Of a stretch of DNA of 64,000 nt, positions 54,477 to 64,000 are shown piece by piece. Source of the DNA: Octopus vulgaris (Eukaryota); the NCBI GenBank assembly GCA_951406725.2, contig OX597814.1:40982001-41046000 (forward strand), in the 5' to 3' direction. The position numbers were made by a program, and so were the translations under genes. Positions within the stretch are counted from its first letter, which is position 1. Each line of letters begins with the position of its first letter. The notes below the pieces were generated by a model that searched no databases, had not been told where the DNA came from, and saw nothing but the letters and a program-made list of their open reading frames with translations.

Positions 54477-54616
54477 ATCGGCAGTTTCTTTCTTGGAGTA
54501 AATTATAATTTTAACCATAATATATGTTAAAGTTAATTAATTAAACAATCAATCAATAATTAATAATTTTACCAAGTAGTCAGTACGTTAAAAAAACCTT
54601 TTCAGGTGAATTATAC

Positions 54617-54880
54617 AAAATATTCTATAATAATATAAAATATTATTATTGAGGATCAGCGAAGTCCCTCGCCACGTACTGAATTAGAAATAGACACTAA
54701 TGCCTTTTCAACTGTCATAAAAATCTCCGAGATGATAACACACTCATTTAAGTGTGTTATTATCTCGTAGATGTTTATGGTAGCTAAAAGCACATTAGCA
54801 TCTATTTGTGATTCAGTATGTGACGGAGGCACTTCGCTGAACCCTGATTATAATTTTGTACATAATCATAGAATATTTTT
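54617..54880. repeat. ~260-bp imperfect palindrome centred at ~54748
   Basis: The arms pair almost continuously around a 6-nt loop, e.g. TCAGCGAAGT/ACTTCGCTGA and AACACACT/AGTGTGTT. Confidence 0.9.
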
Positions 54881-54923
54881 ACATATATATATATATATAT
54901 ACAGATATAAACATATGTATATC

Positions 54924-55045
<122 letters not shown>

Positions 55046-55166
55046 TATATATATTTACATATATATATATATAGAAACATATATATGTATATATATATAT
55101 AAACATATATAGATATATATGTATATATAGATATACATATGTATATATGTGTATATATATATATTG

Positions 55167-55207
<41 letters not shown>

Positions 55208-55892
55208 CATATATATATGCATTGAGAGAGAGAGAGAGATTATGTTTACTATGAGCATGTAAATACATTACTGAGATTGTTAATTCGAATCAAGTAACTC
55301 ATCTGATTACATATCTTATCACCATTGATTCATGCATGCCTTATAAGCACAAAAGCAACAGCCATAAAACGTGTGCAAACAACACCATCAACACCTACCG
55401 CAATAAAATTTATCATAAATATGGAAACATTAAATATACTTGGAGATTTGACGTTGATAATGCCGTTAAGGTGTGGAACTTTAAGGGAATATAAATGCAT
55501 TTAATAGTTGTACATCTAAGCCCTCTGTATGACGTATTTAGTAGAGAAGCGTGCCAAATAATTTATAACATCTAGTTAGATACATCCAAAATCTCATGTC
55601 AAAACACGTCGGATTCCCTTTGATTGTCCACTGGTTTCTGCACACTCCTTCTCTAAACTCACATCATAATGAAGTGCCATAAGCTTTTAGAATAGTACTT
55701 AGTGCAGGATTCCTTTGGCTGACGAGACACAGTATTGTCGGAACACCGGCTGTCCCAGCATCCCATTAAGCTAAACCAACGGTTGTAATATCAACACGCA
55801 TTCGCTTGAAACTGTGTGTCTCCACTGCCCTATTTTTGTTCTCAACTATCGGCCTCCATGAACACCACATTTTATTTTGATGTTCATGGAAG

Positions 55893-55970
55893 CAGCTGTC
55901 TTCGAAGACTCATATTGTCATTCAATGCTCGAAATGCAGTGGAGATAGACAGCTGACATCTGATGAAGGA
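55893..55970 (+). ncRNA. Decayed hammerhead-like motif followed by a second orphan CTGATGA
   Basis: CAGCTGTCT/AGACAGCTG 9-bp closing helix around TCGAAGA...ATGCTC-GAAA; CTGATGA at 55960. Confidence 0.4.
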
Positions 55971-56362
55971 CCATTTTTTGTTTTACTCGATCTGTTACTT
56001 GTCTCTCGTTGTCTGCGTATCTATCTCATTTATTTTCGTAATTCATGTTGTTTACGGATAAATATTAATTAGCTCTATTTAGGGAATCATGAGTACTGTT
56101 CATTCTATAGCTGTATTGGCGATTCCAGTTTTACTTTAGCACTAGTTTTATCCTACTACAACGTATACACACTGGTACCCAAACATAAACGGACAAGAAA
56201 TAAATTATTTTTTCTAGCTCATTTGCTAATTCACTCTTTCATATGGAGTTCAAGCTTCACACTGCAAAATAGTAGGATTCTAGTAAACTGAGTCTTATGG
56301 CCTCATCTCTAGGCACTGTTCTTTCCTCTTCCCTTCATTTATCTTATTTTATGTATTTGTAA

Positions 56363-56487
56363 TTACTCTGATGAAGCTCCATCTAATGTATAATGATGGC
56401 GTATATGATTTTCGGAATTTTCTCTGTAAACACCGATATATATATATATATATATATATTGGCAGCGGAAACGGCCGAAAGAAGTAG
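56363..56487 (+). ncRNA. Decayed type I hammerhead with a (TA)n tract in loop II
   Basis: CTGATGA(56368)-AGCT...AGCG-GAAA-CGGCCG palindrome; the conserved U16.1 appears mutated to A. Confidence 0.55.
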
Positions 56488-56587
56488 TATATAATGTTAT
56501 GTTATGTTTTGTATGAAAAAATAATTAACCGATGTTGGTCAATTTGTTTGTTTCTTGATCAAACGTTTTCTCCATTTCCTGCTTATT

Positions 56588-56621
<34 letters not shown>

Positions 56622-56659
56622 CATGTGTGTGTATGTATGTATGTATGTATGCATATATG

Positions 56660-56735
<76 letters not shown>

Positions 56736-57029
56736 GTATATATGTATATATGTACAGAAATTGATTCCTTTCACCACTGCTTGTCCAGGCATAAGAAAAT
56801 ATTCACGCTGACTAGTTATATAAAAACTTATGTCAGTGTATATGTATACAATTATGTGTTTTAACTACATCATTAGAGCTTTTTATCTCTTAGTTCTAGC
56901 AATGTCATTGTTCTAACTTCCATGCCATTTTTTGCGACAATTATATTCTTCGTTCTTGGTAATATATTGCGCACGGCTCTCTATATGAATCACACACGCA
57001 CAAACATATATATTCTTCAAAACTATGCA

Positions 57030-57160
57030 AAATATTAAAGACAATAGTAAGGGAACAACAATCGAGGCATATTAGATTGACGTTCAAGTAATATCAAAGA
57101 AGTCTTGACGTTTCGAAACTACGCTTTTTTACAGAAGGAAATGTGTTGAGGATAAAAATA
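57030..57160 (-). mobile_element. Family B pLTR-like repeat, decayed
   Basis: CTGTAAAAAAGCGTAGTTTC-GAAACGTC-AAGAC; homologous to the copies at 27872 and 38840. Confidence 0.5.
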
Positions 57161-58204
57161 GAATGTGTGTAGTTTAAAAGTTTCCCATGTTGAAAGTACA
57201 CACATATATATTTATATTTACAGAGGCATATACAGAGAGATAGACTGGCAGATAGATAGATATAGTAAAAGTATATACATTTATCCGTACGCCATGCTCG
57301 GTGATACAATTATATAGCGTTTGCGCATTATTGTCAATGGTTGTTCCGCAAATGCACCAGCTGCGAATTAACGAAGATTTTCACGTAAATAATCATAATT
57401 GTGTCTGTATCTAATGAAAATCTACAAGGACCGGATATTGCGATTTAAATAATTTGCTTAAGGCTTCAAGTAAACAAGGAATGTGCTGTGCATTATGAAA
57501 GTCAAATATCAATACATTCTGATATATAAGAATCAGTTTCAATAGATGTACCGAGAAAACATAAATTGAGTATAATAAACAAATAACAGAAAGCAATCAC
57601 ATACTGAGAAATAATTAGTATCGGATAATTGTTTAAACAAGAAAATTTTTTCACCATCATAATGACGCAAGTATTCATAGACTAGAAAATTACTTTAAAA
57701 TTCTATGAAACACCGTTGAAGACTGATTAAATATTTCAGATACGTCATCTTCAAATACTGGTGTTTCTAAGTAGATGCCAAAGTAGAGTACAAAATTTAC
57801 AAAGAATGGATAGCTGTGGAGAAGGATATTGCAATTACCGATATTCCAAAGACAGCACATACTTCGAAATATATTCAACAATGTTAGAACAATTTGTTTT
57901 TCGTTTTTTTTTTTTTTTTTGTTTTTCAAAAGATATCTCTAATTACATGTAGAAATTCCATATTTCACTGAAAGAATCATTAAAACAATTATTCACTGTC
58001 GGGGGTACCAAAAGTAAGTTATTTTGCATATGAGATGTTTGGATATTATCAAATACAAAATATAACTAACTAAATGTTAAGTTGAGTGAGATTTCAGTTT
58101 TGGCAAAAACAGCTGGATTAAAAAAAAAATTCAAGGAATCTATAGAGTGCAAATTTGGTTATATAACATTCATTTAATTTTTGAAAGTCACACACAAATG
58201 CGCG

Positions 58205-58536
58205 AAGACTCCTTTCGGTCGTGAATGTCCATGGGATTGCACCTAGAATGTTACCCCCGCAGGTACAAGTCCGGGCAAGGTTGTTTATGGAAGACCAGCG
58301 ATCACCCATGCATACCGGTTACCCCTCTCCACGCCACCTGTGTTATACAAGGGAAAAGGCAAAGGCCGATAGAGCTTGACACCTGCGACGTCGCAACTCA
58401 TTACTACAGCTGAGCGAACTAGAGCAACGGGAAATAAAGTGTCTTGCTCAAGAACACAACACGTAGCCCGGTCCGAGATTCGAACTCACAACCTCGCAAA
58501 CGTAAGCTCGATGCTCTAACCACTGAGCCATGCGCC
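58205..58536 (-). mobile_element. SINE family 1, full length
   Basis: Homologous to 3985-4320; A box TGGCTCAGTGGTTAG, B box GTTCGAATC. Confidence 0.9.
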
Positions 58537-59033
58537 ATCACCACATAAATAGGTAATTAAAGAATCATTTCTCGCTCATTCTCCCTCTCATCGATGTATA
58601 ATTCTGCTCTTGTTATTTTCCAAGAAATATGCAGATTTATATCGGTGTTTCTTTAGCGTCTACATCTAAATGCATCTAGGATAACTACCAAGAGTTTTCT
58701 TCACTTTTATATTGCTTGTTCCTCATAAATTTCAATTTCCCAGTTTCATACATAATTTCAATTATCAGTATCGTATCAAAGGTAATTTCAAGCGTAAGTG
58801 GTTTCCATTAATATTTAGGAGACATAATGTTGACGAAATGCGAAAAATGTTATATTACAATGGGTGTGTCCTTCTCTGTTGTGCTATTTGCTAGTAAAAA
58901 TTCATGATTCTCGCAGAGACGAGTAGCGTCAGTGTATATATGATTTGCGTGTGCGCGCGATTCGTTGCCTTGCTGATTCGAGAACTCTATATATAGACCT
59001 GTATTCATACACACACTCACACACACAAACACA

Positions 59034-59077
<44 letters not shown>

Positions 59078-59157
59078 TATATATGAACATAGAGATTGAG
59101 AATGCCCTGAGGATAGTTAAAATAGTTTTTATTATTTTATTCAAAGATTGAACTGGT

Positions 59158-59558
59158 TTACTCTTTACTCTTTTACTTGTTTCAGTCATTTGACTGCGCC
59201 CATGCTGGAGCACCGCCTTTAGTCGAGCAAATCTACCCCGGGACTTATTTTTTGTAAGCCCAGTACTTATTCTATCGGCCTCTTTTGCCAAACCGCTAAG
59301 TGACGGGGACGTAAACACACCAGCATCGGTTGTCAAGCAATGCTAGGGGGACAAACACAGACACACAAACACATACACACACACATACACACACATATAT
59401 ATATAAGCATCTTTCAGTTTCCGTCGACCAAATCCACTCACAAGGCATTGGTCTGTCCGGGGCTATAGCAGAAGACACTTGCCCAAGATGCCACGCAGTT
59501 GGACTGAACCCAGAACCATGTGGTTGGTTAGCAAGCTACTTACCACACAGCCACTCCT
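59158..59558 (-). mobile_element. SINE family 2, near full length
   Basis: tRNA-like head, internal (CA)n, tail ending in (GAGTAAA)-type repeats. Confidence 0.9.
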
Positions 59559-59559
59559 T

Positions 59560-59990
59560 TCAAAATTTACGCTGCGTTTCAAAAGGTTAAAATAGGGAGA
59601 TGGACTTACGTCGCAACTATGTTTCTTCTGACTAGTGTTCCAAGCTTGCTTTGTTTTCATAGGTTGTTCATGGCTCAAATTTGTATATATTTTGAATATG
59701 GTTTGATTAGTAGCGGATAGTCACATGATTGGTCTTAGAAATTTTTGTAGGTTTCCCGCTACGTCCACGTGTTAGTAATCAGTGACAAAGGTTAACGTAA
59801 CAAATTAAGACTGATACGGTTGACTGAACAGATATGGTGCTAATACTGAGTGGTTTTCTGTCAATTGTTTGTAGAGGATAAACGAGTGATTATGTTTAGA
59901 AGCTTCTTTACGATGACCGCTACGTTCATGCCTTATGTCACGCATGAGTATATTTCGCCCTAAAATGAAGGCCGTGACGGTTAGGTGAAA
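59560..59990 (-). mobile_element. Penelope-like fragment, heavily decayed
   Basis: 59580-59770 is homologous, inverted, to 60445-60640 (DVAGNLQKFLRP vs DAAGNLQTFLRP). Confidence 0.55.
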
Positions 59991-60029
59991 ATGTTTAGGT
60001 ACAATTAAATCACTCCAAATTAAACCTGT

Positions 60030-60660
60030 AAAAGTTACGTAGATGACTGACTAATCCTAAGGACGCACAAATTGAGCAATCTATAGATTTCGAAAAATAA
60101 AATCACGATCATAAACAGCAATATAAACTTCACCATGGGATACAGTAAAACTCAACTATCGTTCCTGTATATACTAATCAGGAAAAGTGATAAAATCATT
60201 GAAACAGACATTCACTACAAACAAACCTACTCTATACAATAATTACTGTACTCCTCATGCCATCTGAAACATATGAAAAATAACATTCCCATGAATGTAG
60301 CAAGACGAATGTGCATAATTGTGTAAAACCCGAAACTAGCCATAAAAGACCAAAACAAATGCTATTTAAAAGATAAAATCCTTTGAAGTTAATAGACAAT
60401 GGAATAGAAGGTGCCGGAGCAATAAATATCCAAGAACTACGAAAAACAGACGCAGCGGGCAACCTACAAACATTTCTAAGACCAGTCTTCAGACGATCCT
60501 ATACCAGTCACAACCTATCCAAAATATATACTAATTTCTGTCATGAAGTCCCAATACAAATAAGGAAATCTCGAAACACCAGTCACAAGCAAGACAGCTG
60601 GCACATTAGCCACGTCTTTGCATTTCAACAATTTTGAAAATCATTGTAATCTGTGAAACC
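60030..60660 (+). mobile_element. Penelope-like RT C-terminal fragment
   Basis: SYVDD, FTMGYSKTQLSFL, IETDIHYKQT..Q*LLYSSCHLKHMKNNIPMNVARRMC, LIDNGIE. Confidence 0.85.
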
Positions 60661-60836
60661 GATTAAATGTTTAAGTATAACGATAAAACAAACATCTTAA
60701 CTATTCTTCAGTACATTTTCAATTACTATTTCTCTATAATTATGTCCTTGTGAAATAAAATAACATTGTTTTATAAATGTATATATACTATTTGTGACAT
60801 ATTTACAATGTAACAACCAGGAGGTATCCGTTGAAC

Positions 60837-60895
<59 letters not shown>

Positions 60896-61149
60896 GTGTG
60901 TGTGTCTGTGTGTGTGTGTGTGTGTGTCTCTTAATGTGAAAAAATATAGAAATATTGTTTGTTTATATAAAAATTATTTAATCCGCTATATGTACTGAAT
61001 CGCCCGGATTCATTTTGCTAATGTTATGTAATCATAATAAGGCACAAAAAGAAAATGACTCTCCCCAGAGAACTCATATAATGAATCTTTCAAACCAAAT
61101 CCAAAAACGAAATGTAATCATAAGTTTTACATTTAGTTTTGCGTAGAAG

Positions 61150-62640
61150 AGGATATGAAAGTTTGAGTTTATACAGGAGACTTGGGGGTTGATCAGTGAA
61201 TGTAATTGTTTTATCTTAGGCGATGATCAGTGAATATGATATTCCTTATGTAATGGATGGTAAATATTTTATGCATTTTTTCATTCCGATATGTATGTTA
61301 AGTTCTGGTTTCTATTTTTCAATAAGTGTGACCTCTTTATCTAGTCGTTTTTGAGTTGATGTACTTTCCGTGCATTGACATAGTGAGAATATTGTGAATA
61401 GTGGCTGGTGTTCCTTAGCACATTTTACTATTGCACGTTTTATACCATTATCTATAAGCTAATTTAGGTAGTATCTGTCGACGAATACGTTTTTAAGTTC
61501 TTGTAGTCTGAGTTCTATGGTGGGCTTTCTGACAGTATACTGCAGGTTATTCTCGCTATATTGAATGGGATATTCATTTCCCTATGCCTCGTGTAGCATG
61601 AGCTAAATAACAGGTACTGTTTTGAATCTGTAGTTTTGTAAGATATGTCAGTTTCTATTTCTTACTTCATACTTTTGATTCGTATATCTAGAAAAGGGAG
61701 CTAATATCTGTTGTGTCACATTGTTAATTCTATATTTGTATTTATGCTACTGAGGAATCTTTTGAATTCCAAAAGGTTCTCCAAGTTCTCATTCCTTAGA
61801 TTGACATAATCAAACACATATTTTCCAAGTTTCCTTTATATATTGGGAAACTGGATTTCACAATTTTGTGAGTCATTTCTAATAAATTGTTAGTTCCAAA
61901 AGGCCTATTGTCAGGTTTGCAAATCACACTTTCTGTCTGTATGCAGTAGTGTCATACATGAAGTGATATTTCCGGAGAATAAATTTTAATGATTCAGTTA
62001 TGAACTCTTTGCTAATACATTCCATTATTTCTTCTGGATATTTTTCCATCCAGAACTGGGTGGCTTCTAGTCCATAATTATGGGATATGTTTGTATGCAG
62101 GTTAACAACACCAAAGGAGACCATATCTATTTTTCTTTTACTCTTTTTAGGAGGTGGTTTAGCATTCCCAAATCATTTCTAATGTAACATCTAATATATT
62201 TTAGAAGTGGTTTCAAGAAGGTGTCATTTAAGTAACACAGTCGGTGTTTTTTCAGGGGTTTGTCCAGCTAAAATGAACCTTAATTTAATGTCTCCTGGTA
62301 TTGCTACTTGTATGTATGTCTTCGTTGATTTTTTAATTGCTTCATTTATTATATGGCTTTTATAAATTTTCGGTAAGCCATAGATGAGTCTGGGTTTACA
62401 ATTAAAGTTAGTTATGTAGTCTTTTGCAGTTTTCGTAAGGCCCTTTCCGTGTAGTTGAAACATTTTTCATTATCCTTTTCGGATTGTCGTCTTCGATCTT
62501 TTCGTAGTAGTCTTCTTATTCAGCATGGATACTACTGGGTTTTTGTAGTAGTCCGCGTCTATCACGATTACCAGATTCCCTTTATCGGCTTATTTAATTG
62601 CTAATTCCTCATCAGTTTGCAATTTAATTAAATCTCTCTA
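61150..62640 (-). mobile_element. Penelope-like element, decayed RT
   Basis: IK*ADKGN, IYGLPKIYK, VSFGVVNLHTNISHNYGLEA, LPFLDI, ETDISYKTTDSKQYLLFSSC. Confidence 0.92.
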
Positions 62641-62659
62641 ATTACTGAAATATGTAATC

Positions 62660-62842
62660 TTAACAGAAACATATGAAAATCTTTGACAATGCGTACAACG
62701 CACCACTCTAGGACAGATGTAGAACGACTGTACTTGCGAAGAAAAGAGAGTAGCCGGGGACATTTACAATGAAGTTTGTCACAATTCACCTAAACATCTA
62801 CCTAAAAACGCTGAGAATTAAAACAACAATAATAATAATAAT
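62660..62842 (+). mobile_element. Short Dong/R4 LINE fragment
   Basis: HHSRTDVERLYLRRKESSRGHLQ, followed by (AAT)n. Confidence 0.65.
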
Positions 62843-64000
62843 TGTTTCTAAATAAGTAGTTTTACGTATCCGATGGAACCAATAATTGTTCACATGAAAT
62901 TTATCGAATCTGCAAAATTGAAGGACAAATATAATCTCTGGCTTAGCTGAATATGTGTACACTGTCGAAAAGCACTTCTTGCAAGCTCTAACGATTCTTA
63001 CTTGTCAAAGTCTTCAAAAACAGACTGTGGATACATGTAGACAACAACACACATGGCATTTTGTGAAAATATATTAATTTTTTACGATCACCATTTGTTT
63101 TTATACGGCTAGTTTCAAGAGTAATATCTATATTGTTAAAAAAAAACTTATAACATATATGCGTTGGTTTATGCGCATTAAAGAAAAAGAGCCAACATAC
63201 CATTTCCTGCCATAAAATGGAGTTATGCTTTGCATAATATAATCTTAGAAGTGAAAAATAGCACGAAATGCACACAGTTGGAGATAATTTGATTTGTATA
63301 TTCTCATGAATTCTTTTCTGAGGCTAAACAAATGCAAGAATTTCACTAGTCTTGTTTGACATCAGATTGCTTATCCTAAATATTGAATATCATATCGTAA
63401 ATTTTCTCTATTCATCTATTTCGACTTCTGTTATGCAAGAAATTATAACGGTCAGACAATCTCGACAAACGAGCGCTATAGTTTAAAATCTATTCAATTA
63501 TTATGGAGGGTTTATAATTCTCAATTATTTAACACAACCAATTCAATACACATTATAATTACAACTCAATATTAAGTCGCTGGAATATGTCGTTAATAGA
63601 TTATTGCGTGTTGCGAAGCATCAAACCATTTAAACGGAATAATACTTGTGTATTACAAACACTTTGAAAGCTATTTCTAAACCTTCCTTCTGTTACGTTG
63701 GTGAGGTTAATTAACAATGTCTTCAGATTTGTTGTTGGCTGAGACTGTTTCTGGCAGTAGTCAAAAGTGTATATCCATTGTATTCAACTGCAATTCAGAG
63801 TGTTCTTCCTTTGACGCTGTTTTCCTATCTCCAATGTATACACCATTCTATGTACATCTATGTATAATATGCATAACGTGCATATTTTGTAGGGTAAAAA
63901 AAATGAAGGTCATAAAATATGAATCAAAAGATATATATCTGCGTTTAACACAGTTCTTTCGTTGACAATTAAAAATCTAGGATGTTAAATAAATCAATGA

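Noticed and set aside
63680-63850. Possible coding exon near the window end
   Set aside because: No frame stays open between plausible splice sites and the peptide has no recognisable homology

Overview
AT-rich, repeat-dense eukaryotic DNA with no host gene I can support. The microsatellite density and the SINE/LINE content suggest a coleoid cephalopod, probably Octopus (inference). Almost all ORFs in the track are microsatellite read-throughs or transposon debris. Mobile elements seen: mariner remnants and a mariner MITE, a decayed and a young Helitron, Dong/R4, RTE and CR1-group LINE fragments, several Penelope-like (PLE) fragments and three tRNA-derived or Nin-type SINE families. The main signal is a 3.4-kb array at 23474-26857 of a ~490-bp unit: three copies on the minus strand and ~3.8 on the plus strand, joined back-to-back at ~24968. 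Every unit carries an intact type I hammerhead ribozyme (HHR) inside a highly structured, G-U-rich RNA. This is the layout of a non-autonomous retrozyme that would release ~490-nt (probably circular) monomers. About ten further intact or decayed HHR motifs from other families sit in short (TA)n-flanked elements across the window, several with 5' fold-back structures. All pairings were read by eye; nothing was folded or searched computationally.
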